From assembly GCA_964588165.1 (NCBI GenBank), contig CAZPMS010000001.1, forward strand, positions 164,722 through 228,721: DNA of 64,000 nt, in the 5' to 3' direction. Below, in pieces: positions 10,647 through 19,646 of the stretch; the first letter of the stretch is position 1; each line of letters starts with the position of its first letter. The position numbers and the translations under genes were made by a program. This stretch comes from an uncultured Gammaproteobacteria bacterium (GTDB taxonomy: Bacteria > Patescibacteriota > Patescibacteriia > UBA1558 > UBA10009). The notes under the pieces are model-generated. The model saw only the letters and a list, made by a program, of their open reading frames with translations, was not told where the DNA came from and ran no database searches.

Positions 10647-11087
10647 TTGGAGTTACAAATGATCAAGAAATTGATAGTCAGCCTTGGCTGCCTAATACTC
10701 GTTGGCCTGCTGGTAAGCCTTTTTTTCGGCTCACAAATAGAAGGAATGTATAAATTTGTAACTACTTGCTATAGCTACTTTGACGCCGAAATGCAAACCG
10801 TAATAAATGACATGGTAATCTTTGGCGCCTCAATAGCATTAATATTTGCGGCAGTAATGGCATTTATTGGTAAAATGATTAAAGGAATTATCCCTCTTGG
10901 CTACTTTTTGATTTCGACAGCCATGATATGTTTCTCTTCTGTGTTTTTAAAAGTACCCGGAGGTTCGCTGGTGATGGTCGTACTTTTGGCCTCCTTTGGT
11001 ATTTCCAGTGTTATTTCCTTCTTATTGTTCTACCTAATATTTAGAACAATACCCAAACATAAACACCAATTATTCTACCCCGCTTGA
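10647..11087 (+). CDS. Small integral membrane protein (4 predicted TM), paralog 1 of a tandem family
   Basis: 146 aa, four hydrophobic segments, C-terminal KHKHQ...P motif shared with paralogs 2 and 3; followed by a hairpin terminator. Confidence 0.5.
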   Translation: MELQMIKKLIVSLGCLILVGLLVSLFFGSQIEGMYKFVTTCYSYFDAEMQTVINDMVIFGASIALIFAAVMAFIGKMIKGIIPLGYFLISTAMICFSSVFLKVPGGSLVMVVLLASFGISSVISFLLFYLIFRTIPKHKHQLFYPA

Positions 11088-11195
11088 AACAAAACGGGGT
11101 TTTTTCTTTGTTAAATAATTGACAAAATAATCAATTATAAACTAATATACTATATAAGCATAGAACATTCACAAGATAGATAAGGAGAAGTAAAG

Positions 11196-11636
11196 ATGAG
11201 GAAACAATGGTTTAAATTCGCCTTCGTCCTTGGGATACTGGTTATAATCGGATACTTTGTGTTCTCTCCAGTCATGGAGTGGTACAATGGTTTCAGTCAA
11301 TACAAACAAACATCTGCAATTCTTATCTTAACCTCTGCGTGTATTTCTGGCTTGATCATGGGTATAATCGTCGGCCTGAACACTAAGCAAAGTGAATTCT
11401 TAAAACCTGATAAATTGATTGCTAAACTTTTTATCTGGGAAGTGTTCGGTCTTGCGATTAGCTTTATTATTATTACTGGTTTTCTTTTTTTTGTAGATCG
11501 GATTAGCGGAGCTATTGAAATAGATATTATTCACATTTCCAGCTTTTCCATTATCTACTTAACCACTTCCTCCCTGGTCTATTTGATTAAGGAAACAATG
11601 TCAAAACATCACCAACCAATACTTGACCCTGTCTGA
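11196..11636 (+). CDS. Small integral membrane protein, paralog 2
   Basis: 146 aa, same architecture, C-terminal SKHHQPILDPV. GGAGAAG RBS. Its upstream roughly 100-bp promoter/UTR is near-identical to that of paralog 3. Confidence 0.5.
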   Translation: MRKQWFKFAFVLGILVIIGYFVFSPVMEWYNGFSQYKQTSAILILTSACISGLIMGIIVGLNTKQSEFLKPDKLIAKLFIWEVFGLAISFIIITGFLFFVDRISGAIEIDIIHISSFSIIYLTTSSLVYLIKETMSKHHQPILDPV

Positions 11637-11771
11637 TCTTTTCTATCCACAAATCCCCCCGTTTGGAAATTCAAGCGGGGTTTTTTCTTTGTTAAATAAT
11701 TGACAATATAAATTTTTTATAGTTAACTATCAATATAGAACATTCACAAACGTAGTGAGAAGGAGAAAACC

Positions 11772-12191
11772 ATGTTGATCAAATGGATTATCTACTTAGC
11801 TAGCCTTTTTGCTTTATTCCTATTCAAAGATCCCATATCATCTTTTGTAATAGATTCGTATGGTGATCTTAATCAAGTAGAACAAAAATTCATAACTGAT
11901 GGTTTTATATTTTGTGCGATCATTGGCATATTTAGTGCTACACTCACCGGTTTAGCACTTATTAAACCTCTAATTGATGTAAAAAGATGCCTTTATGCTG
12001 GAATAATACTGGGCTTAATATTTGGCTTCAGCCTTGGCATGACTTTTATCTCGTCCAAACAAAGCTTTAATATTGGTTTAACCGCTGGTTCAATATATCT
12101 TATAAGCCATTTAATTATTTTCTTCTCTATTTATTTAATAAATGAAACGGTAAAACACTATCGCCATAAGGCCCAGCCATTCCTAGTCTGA
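11772..12191 (+). CDS. Small integral membrane protein, paralog 3
   Basis: 139 aa, C-terminal VKHYRHKAQPFLV; AGGAGAA RBS; own promoter and terminator. Confidence 0.5.
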   Translation: MLIKWIIYLASLFALFLFKDPISSFVIDSYGDLNQVEQKFITDGFIFCAIIGIFSATLTGLALIKPLIDVKRCLYAGIILGLIFGFSLGMTFISSKQSFNIGLTAGSIYLISHLIIFFSIYLINETVKHYRHKAQPFLV

Positions 12192-12285
12192 AAGCAGTTC
12201 TATCCACTTACAACACCCTAAGTTATACAAAACTTGGGGGTTTTTCTTTTTAAAAAAATTAAATAAGTGATATAATGAATTTTGT

Positions 12286-12681
12286 ATGAAACAATCTTTT
12301 TGGCAAAATTTGCCCATTTTAAGATTTTTAGCCGGCTTTTGGGGCTGGGTTACCATGCTCCTGTTTATTGTTGATTTTTTTAGCCACCATCTGCTTTCTG
12401 AAGGTATAACTACGGCAGCTGTAATTTATGGCGCTATTTTAGCTATGTACGCAGGCTCTAAAGAATACAAGCGTTGGCAACAAAAAAAGAACTATAAATC
12501 CGACCATTTTGGTGAACTATATATTATTACCTGGACCCTGGTAATGGTAATCTTTGTGGCTTTAACCTTTTTACTTAGCGGTTACTACAAAATCCCCGGT
12601 GAATTTCCAGCTGTTTATTTAACAGTTTTATCAGTTTTTATCCTTTCCAGGGAATCCAAATCATTTATTGCTAAAAGTTAA
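12286..12681 (+). CDS. Small integral membrane protein, a divergent fourth member of the array
   Basis: 131 aa, 3-4 TM segments, preceded by a hairpin plus T-run terminator of the previous unit. Confidence 0.4.
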   Translation: MKQSFWQNLPILRFLAGFWGWVTMLLFIVDFFSHHLLSEGITTAAVIYGAILAMYAGSKEYKRWQQKKNYKSDHFGELYIITWTLVMVIFVALTFLLSGYYKIPGEFPAVYLTVLSVFILSRESKSFIAKS

Positions 12682-12690
12682 TTATCAATA

Positions 12691-12765
12691 GCTCACCGAT
12701 ATTAATATCAGTGATTAATCAGCGCTTCATCAGTGATAGATCGGTGGTTTATCAGTGACTATAGT
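12691..12765. repeat. Interspersed palindromic repeat element, copy B (direct with copy C)
   Basis: gctcaccgatattaatatcagtgattaatcagcgcttcatcagtgatagatcggtggtttatcagt, identical over about 70 bp to 13290-13358. Confidence 0.8.
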
Positions 12766-12821
12766 TTGACTCATAGTAAATAATTGATTAAAATCAAATA
12801 AATAATTAATCAAAAGCGATT

Positions 12822-13247
12822 ATGATGTCTAAAAACAAGCCTCTTTTTTTGTTGGAGGAAAAATTAACTTACAAATTAAGAGGGATTTTTATTGAAATTA
12901 GTAAACAACATGGTTGTTTATTTAAAGAAAAGGTCTATCAAAAAATAATTATTGATGAATTTCAAAATAAAAACGTTAAATTTGAATCCCAGCCAAGAAT
13001 TTCTATATATAACTTAATTACAGGTAAAGAAATTGGTTACTATTCCCCAGATTTTCTAGTAGAAAATAAAGTAATTGTCGAAATAAAAGCTCAGGGTCAA
13101 ATCTATAATAGTCATATTAATCAACTGATTAAATACTTAAATTCTACAAAATTTGAAATTGGACTAATAGTGAACTTCGGAACTCCAATGGTTCAAATTA
13201 TTAGAAAAATATTTACAAACGACAAAAAATCATTTATTCACAAATAA
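12822..13247 (+). CDS. GxxExxY-family / PD-(D/E)XK nuclease-like small protein
   Basis: HGCLFKEKVYQK (G..E..Y-like) motif plus PDFLVENKVIVEIKA (D...E.K) typical of the GxxExxY PD-(D/E)XK family. 141 aa. Flanked by direct repeat copies B and C. Confidence 0.5.
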   Translation: MMSKNKPLFLLEEKLTYKLRGIFIEISKQHGCLFKEKVYQKIIIDEFQNKNVKFESQPRISIYNLITGKEIGYYSPDFLVENKVIVEIKAQGQIYNSHINQLIKYLNSTKFEIGLIVNFGTPMVQIIRKIFTNDKKSFIHK

Positions 13248-13358
13248 ATCACAGATATTCACGGAGCTATCACAGATATACCACAGATGGCTCACCGATA
13301 TTAATATCAGTGATTAATCAGCGCTTCATCAGTGATAGATCGGTGGTTTATCAGTAGT
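13247..13358. repeat. Interspersed palindromic repeat element, copy C. It includes three atcacagata sub-repeats and lies just 5' of the rpmE promoter.
   Basis: Sequence identity to copy B and to the reverse complement of copy A. A TTGACA-17-TAGAAT promoter for rpmE follows at about 13355-13385. Confidence 0.8.
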
Positions 13359-13399
13359 TACTTGACAAAAAATACTATTTAAACTAGAATGTAAGCCAT

Positions 13400-13708
13400 A
13401 TGAAAAAAGAAATCCATCCAGAATACCATAAAGATGCCAACATAAAATGTGCTTGTGGCAATGTTTTTAAGGTTGGTTCAACCCAAAAAGAAATAGAAGT
13501 GGAAATCTGTTCTGCTTGCCATCCTTTTTATACTGGCAAACAAAAATTGGTTGATACGGCCGGTATGGTTGATAAATTTAAAGCCAGGGCCGCTAAGCAA
13601 GAAAAAGTTGCTTCCAGCAGAAAAGGCAAAAAAGTTAAAAAAGCCAAAGCCAAGGCGAAAAAAGACGCTGACGCCAAAGCTTCTGACAAAAAAAAGGATA
13701 AAAAATAA
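13400..13708 (+). CDS. rpmE: 50S ribosomal protein L31 (Zn-ribbon type) with a Lys/Ala-rich C-terminal extension
   Basis: [10 protein letters not shown]...CACGN...[13 protein letters not shown] matches L31. The tail [23 protein letters not shown] is an extension. Confidence 0.9.
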   Translation: MKKEIHPEYHKDANIKCACGNVFKVGSTQKEIEVEICSACHPFYTGKQKLVDTAGMVDKFKARAAKQEKVASSRKGKKVKKAKAKAKKDADAKASDKKKDKK

Positions 13709-13851
13709 CAGTTTATTTTTAATAAAAAGTTCTTGTAATTCAGGAACTTTTTTGTATTTTATGATAGAATAATAATTGATGACTAATAATTAATAACTGA
13801 TTAAATCTGTGAAATACCTTTGCGATTTTATCATTTTGCGTTTTTGCGATT

Positions 13852-14907
13852 ATGGATAAATTCAAACAAAAAATTGAAGAATTAAAAAGTAAATTTGATA
13901 CTTTAGAAAGAGACCTCCAAGACGGAGAGGTTGTTTCTGATCCTAAAAAATTGCAGAAAATTTCCAAAGAATATAACGAAATTAAAGAAATATTAAATTT
14001 AAATAATAAATTAGAAAAAATTGAATTAGAAACAGTGGATTTAAAAAATATTATTAAGGATGAAACGGAAAAAGAATTAACCCAAATGAGCGAAGAAGAA
14101 CTCAATAAACTTAATAAAGAAAAAGAAGCCCTGGAAAAAGAACTAACAGAAGCTTTAAATCCGGCTGATCCGATGGATAAAAAAGATATTATTATGGAAA
14201 TAAGAGCAGGCACCGGCGGCGATGAGTCTGCCTTGTTTGCCGCTGACCTTTTTAGAATGTATTCCAGATACGCTGAAGCTAAAGGTTGGAAAATAAAAAT
14301 TATTTCCCAAAACAGAATTTCTATCGGCGGCTTTAAAGAAATTATTTTTGAAATAACCGGCAAAAACGTTTATAAAGATTTAAAATACGAAAGTGGAGTC
14401 CACCGGGTCCAGCGGGTGCCGGAAACGGAAAAATCCGGCCGGATCCATACTTCGGCTGCCACTGTGGCCGTAATGCCGGAAGCGGAAGAAATAGATTTAA
14501 CCATTGATCCTAAAGATTTAAGGATAGATACTTTTTGTGCCTCCGGCCACGGCGGACAAAGCGTTAATACTACCTACTCAGCCATTAGAATTACCCATTT
14601 GCCAACTAATTTGGTTGTTTCCTGCCAAGACGAAAAATCACAGCTGCAAAATAAAGAAAAAGCCATGCAGGTTTTACGGTCCAGGTTACTGGCTTATGAA
14701 CAAGAAAAAAAAGCTAAAGAAGAGGCAGCCAACAGGAAAAGCCAAATAGGCACCGGTGATAGGTCAGAAAAAATCAGGACTTATAACTTCCCCCAAGATA
14801 GGATGACTGACCACCGCATAAAATTAACTCTGCATAATTTAGATAAAATTTTAAACGGTGATATTAATGAAATTATTGAAGCCATAAGAAAAGTAGATCT
14901 TGAATAA
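13852..14907 (+). CDS. prfA: Peptide chain release factor 1
   Basis: GGQ motif ([10 protein letters not shown]) and RF1-type PxT tripeptide (RVPETE); followed by prmC. Confidence 0.9.
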   Translation: MDKFKQKIEELKSKFDTLERDLQDGEVVSDPKKLQKISKEYNEIKEILNLNNKLEKIELETVDLKNIIKDETEKELTQMSEEELNKLNKEKEALEKELTEALNPADPMDKKDIIMEIRAGTGGDESALFAADLFRMYSRYAEAKGWKIKIISQNRISIGGFKEIIFEITGKNVYKDLKYESGVHRVQRVPETEKSGRIHTSAATVAVMPEAEEIDLTIDPKDLRIDTFCASGHGGQSVNTTYSAIRITHLPTNLVVSCQDEKSQLQNKEKAMQVLRSRLLAYEQEKKAKEEAANRKSQIGTGDRSEKIRTYNFPQDRMTDHRIKLTLHNLDKILNGDINEIIEAIRKVDLE

Positions 14908-15035
14908 ATTCTAAATTTTAAGTTACAAATTTTAATTGAAACTCTAATTTTAAATTTTAAAACTATATTCTCATTAAACTACCTGGCAAAAAAAATTTGA
15001 AATTTTGACTTTAAAATTCTTTTAAAATTTATAAT

Positions 15036-15815
15036 TTGAAATTAATATATATGACTATAAATACCGCCCTAAACTGGGCTTTAAAAAAAATTGAAAAAAA
15101 ATACCCTAACTCGGCCTCCCTTGACGCCGAGATTTTATTATCTTTTGTTTTTAAAAGACCAAAAGAATTCTTATATACCTATCCCGAAAAAAAATTAAAT
15201 TTTTTACAAAAGCTTAAACTAGCTAAACTGATTAAAAAAAGGTTGGATAACTTCCCTATTGCTTATTTGACCCATCAAAAAGAATTTTACGATTATAATT
15301 TTTTTGTTAATAAACATGTTTTAGTGCCCAGACCTTTAACCGAACAAATGGTTGATTTAGCCCTCCGAGAGATAAAAAAACGTCACTCGTCACTCGTCAC
15401 TCGTCACACGATTTGCGACGTAGGCACAGGCAGCGGCAATATCATCATCAGCTTAGCTAAAGAACTTCAAAAAAAATATAGCATTGACGATTTTAAACTT
15501 TACGGACTGGATATTTCCGGTAAAGCTTTAAAAGTTGCCAAAAAAAATGCCAAACTTAATAAGGTTGATAAACATATTACTTTTTTAAAAAGTGACCTGC
15601 TTAATACGGTAGTTGATAAACAAATTGACTTAATTTTAGCTAATCTCCCCTATCTTGAGGCTGACGACCTCAAGGAACAATCAATTACCAAGGAACCTAA
15701 ACTGGCCTTAGTTGGAGATTACCAAAAACTTTTTAAACAAATTGATTCTCTAAAAAATAAGCCGATAGTTATTTACGAAGATAAAAACGGCATAAATTTA
15801 AAATCTCTTAAATAA
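15036..15815 (+). CDS. prmC: Release-factor glutamine N5-methyltransferase PrmC/HemK
   Basis: DVGTGSGNI SAM motif and NLPY (NPPY-type) motif; immediately downstream of prfA. The start may be the internal Met at 15051. Contains a (cgtcact)x4 heptamer repeat at 15381-15408. Confidence 0.8.
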   Translation: MKLIYMTINTALNWALKKIEKKYPNSASLDAEILLSFVFKRPKEFLYTYPEKKLNFLQKLKLAKLIKKRLDNFPIAYLTHQKEFYDYNFFVNKHVLVPRPLTEQMVDLALREIKKRHSSLVTRHTICDVGTGSGNIIISLAKELQKKYSIDDFKLYGLDISGKALKVAKKNAKLNKVDKHITFLKSDLLNTVVDKQIDLILANLPYLEADDLKEQSITKEPKLALVGDYQKLFKQIDSLKNKPIVIYEDKNGINLKSLK

Positions 15816-15820
15816 AATAA

Positions 15821-15850
15821 GCTCCTGTTAGAAAATGTTTTAACAGGAGC
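15821..15850. terminator. Intrinsic terminator hairpin (gctcctgtta/taacaggagc) between convergent prmC and a 73-aa ORF
   Basis: Perfect 10-bp inverted repeat, with a T-run on the minus-strand side. Confidence 0.6.
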
Positions 15851-15866
15851 TAGGTGGTAGTGGATT

Positions 15867-16088
15867 TTAAGTAGCTTGGCCTGCTACTCTTTCGAATATT
15901 GCATCGATTAGTTTGGCAAATCGTGCAGCTAAACATAGCAACTCCTCCCTCAATTCACTTTTAGTGATATTCTCATCTTGGAAAGCTTTTATAAGCTTTT
16001 CCGCTTCCCCCGCTGCTTCAGGTGATAAAAAAGCTATGTTTTCGAGCAATATATCGCTCACCTGACTATGAATGCCTTGCTTAGCCAT
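15867..16088 (-). CDS. Hypothetical small acidic protein
   Basis: 73-aa ORF with a strong GGAGG Shine-Dalgarno 8 nt upstream; helical, no known motif. Confidence 0.4.
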   Translation of the reverse strand: MAKQGIHSQVSDILLENIAFLSPEAAGEAEKLIKAFQDENITKSELREELLCLAARFAKLIDAIFERVAGQAT

Positions 16089-16124
16089 TTTAGTTTCCTC
16101 CTTTCTTGAAGTAGGTTAACATGG

Positions 16125-16622
16125 CTATTCTTCACTAAACCAGGTAAAGCCCTCAGGTGCCAGGTTTACCCAGTCCATGTCCGGACAACTGCCGCTGCCG
16201 GGATTGTTGTTTTTGGTTTCAAAACTGAAAATTTGAAACACCGCAAAAGAACGACTGCAGCCAAAATCGCCTCGGTTAAATTTTTGGTATCTATAAAAAT
16301 GCGTTTCATTGTTTTTGGGATCAAATATCAAGCTTGGTAATAAACCTACTTTGGATAAAGTTTCTAAAAAAGTCCTTTGGTCTTCTTCATTGCTCATATC
16401 CCAGCCTTCACCGTCATCATCTAAATTTTCCGGATATTCTCCAAATTGAACATTATAAAAATCCAAAGCTTTAACTATTGATTTAGCATCTGCCTGCCGC
16501 CTGATATCCCTAATTTTAGCCCAGCGCTTATTTAAATAAATTGTTGAAGATATTAAAAGGCCCGCTATGAATATTACCAATAATACTTTACCTATTGTAT
16601 TTCTGAATATTTCCTTGTTCAT
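16125..16622 (-). CDS. Type IV pilin-like / pseudopilin-like protein lacking a canonical prepilin cleavage motif
   Basis: N-terminal TM helix, then IRDIRRQADAKSIVKALDFYNVQFGEYP. This matches the R-D-x-x-R-x-x-D...A-L-x-x-Y...G-x-YP pattern of pilin and GspG-like N-domains. No G-F-T-L-I-E was seen. Confidence 0.4.
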   Translation of the reverse strand: MNKEIFRNTIGKVLLVIFIAGLLISSTIYLNKRWAKIRDIRRQADAKSIVKALDFYNVQFGEYPENLDDDGEGWDMSNEEDQRTFLETLSKVGLLPSLIFDPKNNETHFYRYQKFNRGDFGCSRSFAVFQIFSFETKNNNPGSGSCPDMDWVNLAPEGFTWFSEE

Positions 16623-16688
16623 TTTATAAAATTAAAACTACCCCTATTTCTAAGGGTAGCAAAATTTTTAGCTATTTTCAAGAAATAA

Positions 16689-17438
16689 TTATTTTTCTTT
16701 TTTATCATCCGATTTGCCCTCTGAAAATTTATCGGAAGAGGGAACCTCAGTGGAAGATGATTCTTTCTTTCCTTCGCCTTCTTTAGCATCGCCAGGGCCG
16801 GCAGAAGTTTCTTCACCTTCTTCTTTGGCCTCTTCACCTTCTTCTCCTTCAGCTATTTCAGTTTCTACAGGCTCTTCTTTAACCTTAACCGGTACCACAG
16901 TGGCGATATTTTTTTCTAAGTCGGTTAAAATTTTAATTGTTTCCGGAACTTTTAAATCAGAAACTTTAATAACCACATCAAAAGATTCCAAAACATTGAT
17001 ATCAACCTCTATGCTGGAAATTAAATCTTTCGGCAAACAGGAAATTTCTATTTCTTCCAAAGATTTAACAAAAATACCATTAAGCTCTTTAACTGCTTTG
17101 GATTCACCAACAAAAACCAAAGGCACAACAGTTTGCAGTTCCTGGCCCATTTTAATCTTATAGAAATCAAGGTGGATTATTTCATCAGTGACCGGATCTC
17201 TCTGGATATCTTTAATTAAAACTGTTATCGGATCAGCGCCATCCACTTCTAAATCAATCAGGTTGCTTTCTTCAGCTTTTCTGTATATTTTATCAAGATC
17301 TTTTTTTTCTACGAATAAATGGATGTTTTCCTCTGTTTGTCCATAAACTTCAGCAGGAACCCTGCCTTGTTTTCTGGTCTGATTTTTTTCAGCTGTCGGC
17401 ACCTGGCGGACGCTGGCATTTAATTTTATTGCTTTCAT
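16689..17438 (-). CDS. rplY: 50S ribosomal protein L25 / general stress protein Ctc, with an acidic low-complexity C-terminal tail
   Basis: MKAIKLNASVRQ...GRVPAEVYG...EIIHLDFY matches L25/Ctc. The C-terminus EEGEEAKEEGEE...SDDKKEK is a low-complexity extension. Confidence 0.8.
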   Translation of the reverse strand: MKAIKLNASVRQVPTAEKNQTRKQGRVPAEVYGQTEENIHLFVEKKDLDKIYRKAEESNLIDLEVDGADPITVLIKDIQRDPVTDEIIHLDFYKIKMGQELQTVVPLVFVGESKAVKELNGIFVKSLEEIEISCLPKDLISSIEVDINVLESFDVVIKVSDLKVPETIKILTDLEKNIATVVPVKVKEEPVETEIAEGEEGEEAKEEGEETSAGPGDAKEGEGKKESSSTEVPSSDKFSEGKSDDKKEK

Positions 17439-17547
17439 ATGTAACTTAATTTAAGAATTGTTAGATAATATTTTACTAAACCTTAATTACTTTGTCAAGT
17501 AAGTTATTCCTTAGAAAAATTGATAAAAATATGGAAAAAATTCCCGG

Positions 17548-18675
17548 TTAAAGCTCTTTTTCTGAGGCGAACATAGAGCTTCTGCTCTTAATATGTATAT
17601 TTAACACTATTCCAAGGGCTATTAAAACCGAAAGTAGCGAGCTGCCGCCATAGCTAACCAATGGCAAAGGAATGCCCGTTACCGGCGCAATGCCCATATT
17701 CATGCCAATATTTATGAATGTTTGGATGGTTAAATAAATTATAATTCCCATAGCCAGTAAATTGCCAAAATTATCCCTTATTTCCCGCGAAATTTTGTAA
17801 ATTCTTAAAAACAGGCTTAAAAACAAAACTAAAACTAAGCCCGCCCCTACAAAACCCAGCTCTTCGGCAATAACAGCAAAAATAAAATCAGTTTCCTGCT
17901 CAGGTAAAAAATTGAGCTGGCTTTGGGATCCTACAGCAAGCCCCCGGCCAATTAACTGGCCCGAGCCCACAGCCACTACCGATTGCCGGACATTGTAGCC
18001 GGAACCTAAAGGGTCACGCTGTGGTTGGATAAAAGTTAATAATCTTTCCTTTTGATAATCTTTTAAGAAAAACAGCCAAGCACTAGCGGCTAAAACTAAA
18101 ATGATCAAAAAAATTATAAAAAAAGTTTTTTTCTTAATTGGAAGCAGTAAAACCATTATCAGCCAGGTTAAAAAAAGTATCATGGCCGAACCCAAATCCG
18201 GCTGCAACATTACCAATAATATTAAAACGCCCGTAATTAATCCCGAAATAAAAACATCCGTGATTAACCTGGGCTCTTTTCCACGAGCTGTAAAAAATTT
18301 AGCTAAAAATATTACTAAGACAATTTTTGCCAGCTCTACAGGTTGAAAGGTTTGGCCAAAAAATTCCAGCCAGCCTGTTGTTCCCCTGATATTTATTCCG
18401 GCAATTAACACTATTAATAACAACAAGCAAACAATAACTAAAACCATTTTATAATAATCTCCCCAAACCCTAAAGCTAATATGGCTAATTAAAAAAAACA
18501 AAACCAAACCAATCCCCACAAAAGTAAGTTGGCGGTTTAAAAAGAAAAAATTCGGTTCCAAAACATTAATTTGCAGGCTATACAAGGCAGCCAAACCAAA
18601 AATCATCAATAGTATTATATTGATGACTAAATACCAATCGTATAGTCTGGTCCAAATAAATAATCTTTTAAACAT
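17548..18675 (-). CDS. SEDS-family peptidoglycan glycosyltransferase (FtsW/RodA)
   Basis: 375 aa, about 10 TM segments, conserved SEDS regions (PDLGSA, YGGSSLL-like C-terminus). Confidence 0.85.
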   Translation of the reverse strand: MFKRLFIWTRLYDWYLVINIILLMIFGLAALYSLQINVLEPNFFFLNRQLTFVGIGLVLFFLISHISFRVWGDYYKMVLVIVCLLLLIVLIAGINIRGTTGWLEFFGQTFQPVELAKIVLVIFLAKFFTARGKEPRLITDVFISGLITGVLILLVMLQPDLGSAMILFLTWLIMVLLLPIKKKTFFIIFLIILVLAASAWLFFLKDYQKERLLTFIQPQRDPLGSGYNVRQSVVAVGSGQLIGRGLAVGSQSQLNFLPEQETDFIFAVIAEELGFVGAGLVLVLFLSLFLRIYKISREIRDNFGNLLAMGIIIYLTIQTFINIGMNMGIAPVTGIPLPLVSYGGSSLLSVLIALGIVLNIHIKSRSSMFASEKEL

Positions 18676-18679
18676 GTTT

Positions 18680-19534
18680 TTAAAAATCTACCGCCTGGGA
18701 AGGGATTTCAAATAAATTTTCTGGATTGTAAATATCAACTATTGGCACAACTTCGGCTTGGCTTACCCTGGGCAAACGTTCAAACCAGCTTATTTCCACT
18801 TCCCTTTCTTGATTTGATAAAAACTCTTCTAAAGTAATTTGGTTAACGCCCACAATCTTATTGCCGGAAAATAAAATAGCTTGGAAATCCACTTGCCAAA
18901 AATTTTCTATGCTTATATTGGCGGCGGTAAAATTAACAGATGAGCGGAATTTTTCTAAACTTGTTTTAAAAACCGGCTCGCTGATTTCAAAAGGTTGGTA
19001 TAAATACTCCAGCCTACTTCTTAAATCCTGCCACTTTATATCCATTATCTTTAAAGTTGGGGCTGCCAGCCGGCTTGCGCTTTGGTTGGCCAATGAAAGC
19101 AAATAAACTGTCTGGTTGGGTAAAATGGATAGGCTGCTGGTAGGAGTTATGTAATCACCGGAAATAAACTGATAACTTATGTTAACCACTCCTCTGGCTT
19201 GATTAGGATTTGTAACACGGGCTACAAAATCATATTTATTGGCACCTGTGTAAATTACTTGGGCCTGGGTGATTCTTAAATCTTTGGGCTTATTTTCTTC
19301 AATAAAGCTCCTATAATCTATAACTGCCGATGCCATGCTATTTATTATCTGTTTATCTTGGGGAAATTCAATAAAATAAACTACCAGGCCGTATATTGGC
19401 GCAATCCAAATAGCCACACATAAAAAAATTAAGAGCCCTAATAAAACTTTTTTAATTTTTTGCTTATTGGTAACCATCCAATAACCGAACTTTAATTCGG
19501 AATCGGTTACATCATTTACTTTATATTCCTCCAT
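18680..19534 (-). CDS. Hypothetical membrane-anchored protein co-oriented with the SEDS gene
   Basis: 284 aa, single N-terminal TM; 4-nt gap to the SEDS gene suggests co-transcription. Confidence 0.4.
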   Translation of the reverse strand: MEEYKVNDVTDSELKFGYWMVTNKQKIKKVLLGLLIFLCVAIWIAPIYGLVVYFIEFPQDKQIINSMASAVIDYRSFIEENKPKDLRITQAQVIYTGANKYDFVARVTNPNQARGVVNISYQFISGDYITPTSSLSILPNQTVYLLSLANQSASRLAAPTLKIMDIKWQDLRSRLEYLYQPFEISEPVFKTSLEKFRSSVNFTAANISIENFWQVDFQAILFSGNKIVGVNQITLEEFLSNQEREVEISWFERLPRVSQAEVVPIVDIYNPENLFEIPSQAVDF

Positions 19535-19646
19535 ATGCTTTATTTTAGCATAGTTAACTGTTTTTTTGAATTGTGGTATAATTATAAATGATAAACAAAA
19601 TATTAGGAATATTAACAGCCATTATTTAATATTTAAATTTTATATT

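Noticed and set aside
13740-14363. 207-aa minus-strand ORF
   Set aside because: Antisense to prfA, whose GGQ/PxT motifs make the + frame unambiguous; Ser/Leu-rich artefact.
16714-17163. 149-aa + strand ORF
   Set aside because: Antisense shadow of the acidic low-complexity tail of rplY (L25).
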